64,000 nt of DNA. It comes from an uncultured bacterium. Lineage in GTDB: Bacteria > Patescibacteriota > JACMRA01. A program made the translations under genes and the position numbers. The notes under the pieces are model-generated. The model saw only the letters and a program-made list of their open reading frames with translations, was not told the DNA's origin and made no database searches. The stretch is taken from NCBI GenBank assembly GCA_963704645.1, contig OY969926.1, positions 960,001-1,024,000 of the forward strand, in the 5' to 3' direction. Numbering within the stretch: position 1 is the stretch's first letter; the number at the start of each line of letters is the position of its first letter. Shown here piece by piece: positions 39,906-49,090 of this stretch.

Positions 39906-40132
39906 AATGAAGATTGTTTTTGTAGATGCATCAGATCCAAGAAATTTAAGTCTTGAGCACCAGAAAAGTCTTAAGAATTTTAAATTTGAAAGTATGATAT
40001 AGAAGTTGGTAGCGATGTCAATCATGTTTATGTTGATCCTGATGAGGAGCAAATGTATGTAAAATATTAACGCAAATAACCCCAATATTTCCAACTGGAA
40101 TGCGGGGCTTAATTTATGCCCAAAATTACCCC

Positions 40133-43100
40133 CTACACCACCAAATTAACAATCTTCCCAGGAACGTAAATAAACTTCCTAATTTCCTTGCCTTCAATCC
40201 ATTTTTGAACTGCTGGGTTAGCCATAACTTTGGCTTTTACTTCGGCTTCTCCTTCGTCTATAGAAATTTCCACCTCACCTCTAATTTTTCCGTTAATTTG
40301 AATACCAACTACAACACTATTTTTTACTAAATATTCTGGTTTAACTTCTGGCCAGATTTGCTTATGAACACTATTTTCAGCTTTAAAAGTAGATTGCTGA
40401 TGTAGACTTTGCCACATTTCTTCAGTAATAAAAGGACAGAAAGGTGATAGAATAATTAACAATCTTTCCAATTGGTTTTTTGAAATAACACCGTGCTTTT
40501 CAACCAAATTAACAAATTCCATAAACTTAGCCACCGAAGTATTAAATTTGAAATCGGCAATGTCGGAAGCTACTTTTTCAATTAACTGATTTAGGTTAGT
40601 TTCAATTTCTTTCCAAGCCAATGTGTCTTCATTTAAAGCTAAGTCTGGGCCAACAATTGTTTGCATTTTCCAAATTCTATCTAGAAATCTTTTCACACCT
40701 TTTACCGTGTCTTTGTTCCAAGGTTTTGGCTGTTCAAAGGGTGCCATGAACATTAAATACAAACGCAGAGTATCGGCCCCGAATTCATTTACTACATCGG
40801 TAGGGTTAACTCCATTTCCATAACGCTTCCCCATTTTTCTGTTGTCTTCACCTAAAACTAAACCAGGATGGCGCATGTTCAGAAACGGCTCATCAAAGTT
40901 AATTAAGCCAGCATCAAAAGCAACTTTAGTAAAGAATCTAGCATACAGCAAATGCAAAACAGTGTGTTCGGCTCCAATAACGTAAGTGTCTACAGGTGCC
41001 CAATTGTTCATGTTTTCAGTGGAAGCAAATTGCTGCTTATTAAGAGGATCAGTGAAACGCAAGAAATACCAACTTGAGCAAACAAAGGTGTCTAAAGTAT
41101 CACTTTCTCTTCTAGTTCCCTGCCCGTATTCCATTTCGGCCGAGGCGTGAAAACCTAAATGATCAACTAATGGAGATTTACCTGTTGGCTTAAATTCTAC
41201 GTCATCAGGTAACAAAATTGGGTATTTAGCTTCGTCCACCAATTCTTCTTTTACGGAATATAAGTTAAATATTTCAGGGTTATTTTGATTGTCTAAACCT
41301 AAAGCTATGGCTAATGACACTCCTCGTTTCATACCCTCAACATAATGTAACCTAGTAGTTTCGAGTGTGGAATCTGCTTCAAGCTGGGCAATAATTTCCT
41401 TAGCGTCTCCCCAACTAGTTTCAAAATTTTCATGAGCTTCCCTAGAGCTACTTCCTTCTTCAGAATTTAAAATAATTAGGAAAGGATGAGCCGTAGCAAC
41501 CCGGTTTAAATTTTTACCAGAATGGAAGTAATGAACATGCATTTTTTCGCCCAAAGAATGAATAGATTTTATATCGCTAAGCCCTAATTCTTCAGCTGTT
41601 TCACGAGCCGCTACTTCTGCCAAATCTTCACCTTCATCTGCTCCACCGCCGGCTAAACCAATTTTACTGTCAGCTAAATTTTTGTAATAGGCATATTTTT
41701 GGGTTTTTGGGTTAAAAACCACAGCCAAACTACCATTTCTGAAAACTGCATTTTCAAGGGGCTTACCAAAACTTAATTCTTCTAGAACAGATTCTGACGG
41801 AATAGGCTTGTAAACAATAGGTATAGGCGAACCCCAATATCGCTGTCTAGCAACCGACCAGTCTCGCAAGCGATAAGTTATTTTAGCCTTAGCCCAACCC
41901 TGACTTTCACCATAACTAATAATTGCTGGCTTAGCTTGCTGTGAGTGCATTCCATCAAACTGGCTGGAATTATACAAAATACCTTCTCCAGAATAACATT
42001 CAAATAGACTCTTTACAGCTTCATCATTCCCAAGCGGAGAGGTTAGGCTTGTATTTAGTGGAATGCCATATTTTTTTGCTAGTTCGAAATCCCTTTCATC
42101 ATGAGCATCAGCAAAAACTGCCCCTGTTCCGTAATTTCCTAAAACAAAATCGGAAATCCATATTGGCATTTTAAAACCGTTCGCTGGATTAATTGCAAAA
42201 CTTCCAGTAAAAACCCCTGACTTATCTTTATTTAAATCGGTTCTTTGTAAATCAGATTTTTGTTTAGTTTTTTCTTGGTATGCAGAAACTTCTATAAATT
42301 GTGTAGCAGTTGTTAATTCAGCAATTAGAGGATGTTCTGGAGCTAAAATTAAAAATGTTCCGCTATATATTGTATCAATTCTAGTTGTAAATACAGTTAT
42401 TTTGTGGTTGGAATCTACAACTTTAAAATCTACCTCTGCCCCTACACTTTTGCCAATCCAGTGTCTTTGCATTTGCTTGCTACTTTCCGGCCATTCTACT
42501 TTGTCTAAATCTTCCAAAAGTCTGTCTGCGTAATCTGTAATTTTAAAAAACCACTGTGAAAGTAAACGCTGCTCTACCTTTGCTCCGCTTCGTTCTGCTG
42601 TTCCATCTGGTAAAACTTGTTCGTTAGCTAGCACTGTTTGGTCTACAGGGTCCCAGTTCACTAAAGCTTCTTTTTTATAGGCTAAACCCCGCTTGTACAA
42701 AAAGGCAAACCACCACTGGGTAAACTGATAATATTCGGGAGTATGTGTAGCAATTTCCTTACTCCAATCTGTACTTAAACCTAGCAATTTGCATTGTCTT
42801 CCAAATTCCGCAATTGCCCCTTCAGTGCTAATTTTAGGGTGAACACCATTTTTAATAGCATAACTTTCAGCAGGAAGGCCGAAGGAATCCCATCCAATTG
42901 GATACAAAACTTGATTGCCTTGAAGACGGTTAAATCTGGCCACAATATCTGTAGCAGCATAACCCAATGCATGTCCAACATGCAATCCAGAACCAGAAGG
43001 ATAAGCAAAAGCATCTAGTATATATTTCTTTTTGGAATTAACTTTAGCTTCTTTGGAAGTGTTTTGAGATTCTGGGTTAGATTGGTTTTGTAATGAAGAT

Positions 43101-43198
43101 TTTAAGCTATCTGCCTGCCAATTATATATTCTTTGCTCTTCCCATATTTTTGTATATTTTGGTTCAATTTCTTTTGGGTTATATTTTTCAGCGTACAT
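40133..43198 (-). CDS. leuS: Leucine--tRNA ligase with inserted Nudix domain
   Basis: YPSGSGLHVGH, VFTTRIDT editing domain, RLRDWSVARQRYWGSPIP, GAEHTVLHLLYARF, KMGKR, YVPGKIVNLVV. Confidence 0.96.
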   Translation of the reverse strand: MYAEKYNPKEIEPKYTKIWEEQRIYNWQADSLKSSLQNQSNPESQNTSKEAKVNSKKKYILDAFAYPSGSGLHVGHALGYAATDIVARFNRLQGNQVLYPIGWDSFGLPAESYAIKNGVHPKISTEGAIAEFGRQCKLLGLSTDWSKEIATHTPEYYQFTQWWFAFLYKRGLAYKKEALVNWDPVDQTVLANEQVLPDGTAERSGAKVEQRLLSQWFFKITDYADRLLEDLDKVEWPESSKQMQRHWIGKSVGAEVDFKVVDSNHKITVFTTRIDTIYSGTFLILAPEHPLIAELTTATQFIEVSAYQEKTKQKSDLQRTDLNKDKSGVFTGSFAINPANGFKMPIWISDFVLGNYGTGAVFADAHDERDFELAKKYGIPLNTSLTSPLGNDEAVKSLFECYSGEGILYNSSQFDGMHSQQAKPAIISYGESQGWAKAKITYRLRDWSVARQRYWGSPIPIVYKPIPSESVLEELSFGKPLENAVFRNGSLAVVFNPKTQKYAYYKNLADSKIGLAGGGADEGEDLAEVAARETAEELGLSDIKSIHSLGEKMHVHYFHSGKNLNRVATAHPFLIILNSEEGSSSREAHENFETSWGDAKEIIAQLEADSTLETTRLHYVEGMKRGVSLAIALGLDNQNNPEIFNLYSVKEELVDEAKYPILLPDDVEFKPTGKSPLVDHLGFHASAEMEYGQGTRRESDTLDTFVCSSWYFLRFTDPLNKQQFASTENMNNWAPVDTYVIGAEHTVLHLLYARFFTKVAFDAGLINFDEPFLNMRHPGLVLGEDNRKMGKRYGNGVNPTDVVNEFGADTLRLYLMFMAPFEQPKPWNKDTVKGVKRFLDRIWKMQTIVGPDLALNEDTLAWKEIETNLNQLIEKVASDIADFKFNTSVAKFMEFVNLVEKHGVISKNQLERLLIILSPFCPFITEEMWQSLHQQSTFKAENSVHKQIWPEVKPEYLVKNSVVVGIQINGKIRGEVEISIDEGEAEVKAKVMANPAVQKWIEGKEIRKFIYVPGKIVNLVV

Positions 43199-43250
43199 AT
43201 AGCAAGTTTTTGTATTCCAAATTAATAAATTATTTAAGGGAAATATGCAA

Positions 43251-43273
43251 GTAGCGGAGACCCCCTGGTCTCC
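43251..43273 (+). repeat. GTAG-type REP flanking transposase
   Basis: GTAG-C-GGAGACC-CCCT-GGTCTCC. Confidence 0.75.
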
Positions 43274-43297
43274 AATGGCATTCTTGGGCTTAGTTCA

Positions 43298-43945
43298 TCA
43301 AACAATTTTCTGATTATCCTTAGAGTTCAACTCGTCCAGCTGCCAATTAGTAGGATTATTAAATATATACTCCCGAATTCTGGAAAGGTCTGCGTCATTC
43401 CGAATAACTCGTTCATAAAAAGATTTCTGCCAAAATGAAGGAAAACTCGTAGGGGAACGCTTGCCGTTCCCGTGATACTTAATATTTCGATAGACTTTAT
43501 TCTCATCAACCATGCTAATTTCGTTGCTTGTTAAAATTCTATACTCTTTATGGAACCGCAAGGGTTCCCCTACAAATTGCTTATTTATATGATACCATGA
43601 TATTGATTTAAATTTGGATATTATATCCGATAAATTTGTTTCCTGTGTTGTTATTTTAGAAATTGGTTTATCTAAAAATGTCATGATTCCATGAATATGA
43701 TTGGGCATAATTACAAAATCCTCCATTATTATGTTTTCAAAAATATTAGGAAGGTTCAGCCACTCTTGTTTTACAATTTCACCTGTAGGGGAATGCTTGA
43801 CATTTCCATGATGCTTCACATTCTTGGAATCCACCTCCCCAAAAATACATCTTTTGTCTTGAACACATATTGTTATGAAGAAAGAATTATTGTTTGAATA
43901 AATGTTTTTATCTGGCAGTCTAAGTTTTTTACGATTGTTGTTCAC
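43298..43945 (-). mobile_element. REP-associated tyrosine (Y1/HUH) transposase, RAYT-like
   Basis: RKKLRL..FFITIC, FVIMPNHIHGI (HUH), FWQKSFYERVIR, REYIFNNP; REPs adjacent and internal. Confidence 0.88.
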
Positions 43946-44013
43946 CCTTTAAACCCAACTTATTTTTTCAAGAGGGGCAAATAAAGTTTTGGGTTATTGG
44001 TTGGACTGGGTGC

Positions 44014-44802
44014 TTATTTATGGGAAGAATTAAGTTCCGTAAGAGCTTTTTCAACAACTGCTGCATTTTCAATTTTTGCAGCATTTTCAATTTTTTTATC
44101 TAAAATTAAATCAATTGCAAGCTTTATAGATGGATAACACTGTTGGCACTCCTCATCAGTTAATTGGTGCACTCCTTTGCTTAAAATACGATAAAGATTA
44201 TATGGTATGAACTCAGATTTTGGTAAAAACTTATTAATAATGTTGAGCTTTTGCTCCATATTCTTTTTCTTGAACTCTACTAAATTAATATTTAAATCAG
44301 AAATATTTTCACTAAACAATTCAAGAATTAAATTTTCAAAAATTCTTCTTAAGTGAGTAAATGAAGCAATTCCTAAACCAGCTGTAAATGATTTAATCGC
44401 CTTTTTATAGTCTTCTAAACCATTATTCTTTAAGATTTTATAATATTTTTTTTCCAGTTCAGCAAATTGAATATCAGCTAAAGAAGGATATTGCCCTATT
44501 TTCTCAATATCATTTGCATTAACTAAAACATAGAATGTTAAGTATGTCTCGCCATCCCTAACACATTTTAGAAAAATTTGATGAACATGACCTTAAATTC
44601 CACAGCATACCTGTGTACTAAAAATTTGGAAGGTCGTCTCATATTTTTGAACTGGATTGTATCCATCCACTCTTTGAAAAAAGACTTCATGATATAAATC
44701 TGCCTGTCGGCAATCTTGGGTCGTCTGAATTTTCTTATAGAGAGGAGTTTCAAAGAAGAACTGGCGACCATTTATTGGCATTGGCAATTGTATTTCTGAC
44801 AT
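44014..44802 (-). pseudogene. DUF4145/HEPN-like protein interrupted by in-frame TAA at 44593-44595
   Basis: ORFs 44593-44829 and 44014-44319 share a frame. The gap reads KIGQYPSLAD..GLGIASFTHLRRIFENLI, then ILSKGVHQLTDEEC. Confidence 0.65.
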
Positions 44803-44847
44803 GATAACATAAAAATCGCCACACAACACTTATCTGTCAAAACAAAC

Positions 44848-44868
44848 TCCCCTGCGGGAAACAGGGGA
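44848..44868 (-). terminator. rpoB intrinsic terminator
   Basis: TCCCCTG-TTTCCCG-CAGGGGA then GTTTGTTTT. Confidence 0.65.
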
Positions 44869-44882
44869 AATGAGTTAAACTT

Positions 44883-44905
44883 GTAGAGGAAAGCTCCTGC
44901 TTTCC
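44883..44905 (+). repeat. GTAG-type REP
   Basis: GTAG-A-GGAAAGC-TCCT-GCTTTCC. Confidence 0.72.
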
Positions 44906-44940
44906 ATAACTACATTAACAAGATTATAAGCTACTCAGAC

Positions 44941-47900
44941 CTACAACCCGCCTTCATCTACAGATAAGGCCAATTTTTCATCAATTCTGGCTCTGTCTCC
45001 GTAAATTTCTTCGGCTTCGGTTACTGCGGCGTTTACCTTAATACCTAAAGCTGTAAGCTCGTTTGCAAGTACAATGAATGAACCTGGTAAGTTAGGGCTC
45101 ATAATTGGTTTACCTCTAATAATAGCTTCAAATGCTGCTTCTCTACCTGCTCCGTCATCTGACTTAATTGTTAACATTTCTTGCAAAGCGTAAGCTGCTC
45201 CATAGGCTTCTAAAGCCCAAACTTCCATTTCTCCAAATCTTTGTCCTCCTGCATTAGCACGACCTCCTAATGGTTGTTGTGTAATTAAAGAGTAAGAACC
45301 TGTGGAACGTGTGTGGACCTTATCGTCAACCAAATGATACAGTTTGTTAAAGTAAATGTGTCCAACTACAACAGGTCTGTCATATTTTTCACCAGTTTGA
45401 CCATCCCACAAAGACATTTTTCCATCTTCAGAAAAGCCTGCTTCAACCAATTCATTTTTAATTGTTTCTAAAGGAATTTCGTTCAAAGGCTGGGTTACAG
45501 CATGAATGCCTTTTTCGTGACAAACTAAACCTAAATGAGCTTCCAAAAGTTGACCCAAGTTCATACGAGCAACTACACCCAATGGGTTTAGCACCATATC
45601 CACTGGCTTTCCATCTTCTGTGTAAGGCATGTCTTCAACAGGAAGTACAATTGATACAACTCCCTTGTTTCCGTGTCTACCAGCCATTTTGTCTCCAGGT
45701 TTAATCTTTCTGGTTGTGGCCAACCAAATATGTACACGCTTCAAAACATCGGAAGGAAGTTGGTAACCATCCTCACGACTAAATACACGAATGGAAACAA
45801 CTTTACCTTGTAAACCATGTTCTAAGTACAAAGAGCTATCTTTAACTTCTTTAGAATATTCACCAAACAAAACACGAATTAACTTGTCTTCTGGAGAAAG
45901 ATCAACTTCGCCTTTAGGACTAATTTTTCCAACTAAAATGTCTCCACTTTGAACGTAAGCACCTAAGTGAACAATACCGTTTTTATCTAGTTTCCTTAAT
46001 TTATCAATTTGAACATTAGGAATATCACGAGTAAGTTCTTCGCTTCCCAATCTAGTTTCGTGTAAATCGCAGGTAAGTTCGTAAATATGGGTAGAGCTAA
46101 ATTTATCTTTTTGAATTAATCTTTCAGATAAAATAATAGCATCTTCAAAGTTATATCCTTTGAAAGGCATATACGCAACACGAACGTTCTGACCGATTGC
46201 AAACTCGCCTTCGTGGATACCAAAACCTTCAATTAAGGCATCACCTTTAGTTACTTTTTGACCTGGTTTTACTACAACTCTTTGGTTAATAGCTGTGTGG
46301 TTATTGGATGGAAGATATTTTAAAGCTCTGTATTCAAACAATTCCTTAGTTTTAGCATCTTTAATAGTTACTCCATTTCCATCAGCTTTAACTACTTCTC
46401 CATCACATTCTGCAACAGTTAAGTATCCAGAATCTCTGGCAGCAATAGTTTCAAAACCTGTTCCAACCAAAGGTCTTTCAGGACGAAGCAAAGGCAAAGC
46501 TTGGCCTTGCATGTTTGTACCCATCAACAAACGGTAACCGTCAGTTTGAGACACAAAAGGAATCATACATGTGGACAAACTTAAAATTTGGTTACTTGCT
46601 ACGTCGGTGTATTGAACTTCATCTACAGAGATTTGAACAGGATCACCTTGCTTTCTAGCTGCTACAGTATCAACTAAAATATTGCCCATTTCATCAACTT
46701 GGTTAATGTGTTCAGAAATTACAACTTTCAAATCGGTTTGAGAATCTAACCAAACAACTTCTTTGGAAACATGTCTTTTTACCTTAACTTCAATATTTTT
46801 ATCAGTTTCTACTAGTTCATGAATAATATCGGCTGTTAATAATTGACCAGATTTTACAATACGCTTGCCTTTAACTTCAACATCTTCTAAAGCAACTCTA
46901 GAAATTAAAGAAGGATCTGTAACTTTCAAAGAATCTTTTACCTTCAAATAAGGTGTTTCCATGAAGCCCATTTTGTTAATTCTAGCGTAAATAGCTAAAT
47001 GCACATTCAAACCGAAAGCTGGACCTTCAGGAGTGTTAATTGGACACAATCTTCCGTAATGACTAGGGTGAACGTCACGAATATCAAAACCAGCTCTTTC
47101 ACGGGTTACACCACCTGGACCAGTACAAGTTAAGAACTGTCTGTCATCCATTTCAGATAGAATATTAGTTTGATCTAATAAACGTGATAACTGTGAAGTA
47201 CTGAAGAAATCTTCAATCATAGCTGCTAAAGGCCTCATGTTCACCAATTGAGCTGGTGTGAAGTTAGCATCTTCGTTAGTTGTCATTTTATCTTTAGAAT
47301 TTCTTACAACTCTAGATAAACCTGCCTTAAATGTGTTTTGCAACCATTCTCCAACTGCTCTAATTCTTCTGTTACTTAACGAATCAATGCTATCAGATTG
47401 CTCTCTAGCTACAGCCATTCTAATTAATTCTTTTAATGTAGCTGTAATTTCGGCGTGACCAATATTCTTTTTGTAGTCTGCTCCTTCGCTATTTTTAGCT
47501 TCAAAGGCAAGTCTAGTGTTAAACTTGTATCTTCCAACTTCACCAAAATCGTATTTAGTTAAATCATCGAATAAGGAAATTAAGTACTTTCTACCTTGCT
47601 CAATAGATACAATATCTCCTGGTCTAATTTTTTTGTAAATAGAATTTACAGCGTCTTCTACACCAAAAGCTGAATCTTTTTCTAAAGTAGTTTCTATTAC
47701 GCTAAATCTTTCGTCAGTATCAACATCTTTAAACAAATCTTTAATGTCTTGGTCTTTAGTAATTCCAAATAATTTTAACAACTGTGTGGCTGGGAACTTC
47801 TTCTTTCTATCAATTCTTGTGTAAATAATGTTGTCTGCACCTAAAATAAAGTCAATCCAAATACCTCTAGCTGGAATAATTCTAGCAGTGTAAGTATAAC

Positions 47901-48351
47901 CAGATTTTTCTAATTCACGGCTGAATAATACACCAGGAGATTTTACCAACTGGCCAACTACAATTTTTTGATTAGCATTAACAATAAAATTGCCTTTTTG
48001 AGTCATTAAAGGAACTTTTCCTACAAAAACTCTTTGGCTCTTCTTTTCTTTAGTAACAAGGTTTTCTACAGTTACATTAATGTATAATGAACCAGCAAAA
48101 CTTGTACCCTTTAACAAGGCTTTGTATTCATCTGTTTCTAAGTCTTTTTCCAAAAAATAATCTGGACCTAAAAGTACTTTCCACCTTCCACCAATAGTAT
48201 CTTCAATAGGCGAAAATTCAGCTAAAATCTTGGTTAAATCTTCTTTCCAAAATTGTTGGTAAGATTCAGTTTGTAATAAATTTAAATTTGGAACTGGGAA
48301 TTCGTGTTGGCGAACTCCGAAGCTAGAGCGAGGATTGTGATTAGATGCCAT
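44941..48351 (-). CDS. rpoB: DNA-directed RNA polymerase subunit beta (divergent rifampicin pocket)
   Basis: RDVHPSHYGRLCP, GYNFEDAI, GDKMAGRHGNKGVV, GGQRFGEMEVWALEAYGA, LQEMLTIKSDD. Confidence 0.97.
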   Translation of the reverse strand: MASNHNPRSSFGVRQHEFPVPNLNLLQTESYQQFWKEDLTKILAEFSPIEDTIGGRWKVLLGPDYFLEKDLETDEYKALLKGTSFAGSLYINVTVENLVTKEKKSQRVFVGKVPLMTQKGNFIVNANQKIVVGQLVKSPGVLFSRELEKSGYTYTARIIPARGIWIDFILGADNIIYTRIDRKKKFPATQLLKLFGITKDQDIKDLFKDVDTDERFSVIETTLEKDSAFGVEDAVNSIYKKIRPGDIVSIEQGRKYLISLFDDLTKYDFGEVGRYKFNTRLAFEAKNSEGADYKKNIGHAEITATLKELIRMAVAREQSDSIDSLSNRRIRAVGEWLQNTFKAGLSRVVRNSKDKMTTNEDANFTPAQLVNMRPLAAMIEDFFSTSQLSRLLDQTNILSEMDDRQFLTCTGPGGVTRERAGFDIRDVHPSHYGRLCPINTPEGPAFGLNVHLAIYARINKMGFMETPYLKVKDSLKVTDPSLISRVALEDVEVKGKRIVKSGQLLTADIIHELVETDKNIEVKVKRHVSKEVVWLDSQTDLKVVISEHINQVDEMGNILVDTVAARKQGDPVQISVDEVQYTDVASNQILSLSTCMIPFVSQTDGYRLLMGTNMQGQALPLLRPERPLVGTGFETIAARDSGYLTVAECDGEVVKADGNGVTIKDAKTKELFEYRALKYLPSNNHTAINQRVVVKPGQKVTKGDALIEGFGIHEGEFAIGQNVRVAYMPFKGYNFEDAIILSERLIQKDKFSSTHIYELTCDLHETRLGSEELTRDIPNVQIDKLRKLDKNGIVHLGAYVQSGDILVGKISPKGEVDLSPEDKLIRVLFGEYSKEVKDSSLYLEHGLQGKVVSIRVFSREDGYQLPSDVLKRVHIWLATTRKIKPGDKMAGRHGNKGVVSIVLPVEDMPYTEDGKPVDMVLNPLGVVARMNLGQLLEAHLGLVCHEKGIHAVTQPLNEIPLETIKNELVEAGFSEDGKMSLWDGQTGEKYDRPVVVGHIYFNKLYHLVDDKVHTRSTGSYSLITQQPLGGRANAGGQRFGEMEVWALEAYGAAYALQEMLTIKSDDGAGREAAFEAIIRGKPIMSPNLPGSFIVLANELTALGIKVNAAVTEAEEIYGDRARIDEKLALSVDEGGL

Positions 48352-48440
48352 AAAACGTTTTACGTGCTTTTGTAATAATGAACTAAAACATCAGGTATTG
48401 TCAAGAAAAACAAGATAGGTAACATTTTACAACAAATATT

Positions 48441-48507
48441 GTAGAGGTGAGCCTGTCTCGCCATATTAAATTATAAAGCTCACCCGTAGCGGCGAAGCTT
48501 GCGAGCC
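48441..48507 (+). repeat. Two tandem GTAG-type REPs
   Basis: GTAGAGGTGAGCCTGTCTCGCC (48441-48462) and GTAGCGGCGAAGCTTGCGAGCC (48486-48507). Confidence 0.75.
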
Positions 48508-48626
48508 ACAAATTTCGAAACTAACAGAAACTCTTAAAATTTTAGTGTCTTTTTCTCTCCCAATAATTAAAGCCTTCCGTTAATATTGGAAGACTTGTAA
48601 AATTGTTTTAAGATGGAGCTTATCTG

Positions 48627-48959
48627 TTAAATATTATAATGCGAAATTAAAAATAAACCAGGAAACCCAAGCAATATTTCAATTACCTCATCAAACTTAG
48701 TCAACTCTTTATCCCTATAATCATAATTTTTTATTAAAGAGTTGTATGCAACTACAGCTTCTACAACTGTAATCCCTTTGGTAATTTCTTTCTCTGTTAA
48801 AGTTACATTAGAAGCATAATCTTCTCGGAGAGGATGGTTTACAAAGTTAGTGATTTTTGCAAATTCTTCTGATCGTTTGTAAACAATTGCAGGCCTTTCA
48901 CCAGTGGCTTCAATAACTTTAGCTCTATTTTCACAAAAATAGTATTCCTCAAGATTCAT
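48627..48959 (-). CDS. Orphan hypothetical protein
   Basis: 110 aa; GAAGG SD-like; hairpin downstream. Confidence 0.55.
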   Translation of the reverse strand: MNLEEYYFCENRAKVIEATGERPAIVYKRSEEFAKITNFVNHPLREDYASNVTLTEKEITKGITVVEAVVAYNSLIKNYDYRDKELTKFDEVIEILLGFPGLFLISHYNI

Positions 48960-49055
48960 CAGTTTTACCTTCTAAATTTATTAACTAACTTACTTTTCAT
49001 ACCACCCAATTTTATAGATGTCAACTGTTGGATAGCAACGCATAGCTTACTTCTT

Positions 49056-49090
49056 TTGACATTCTCCACCTTACAAATCAACTTCAAAAC
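49056..49090 (+). promoter_or_regulatory. Putative promoter of argS, leaderless spacing
   Basis: TTGACA at 49056-49061, exactly 29 nt before ATG. Confidence 0.55.
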
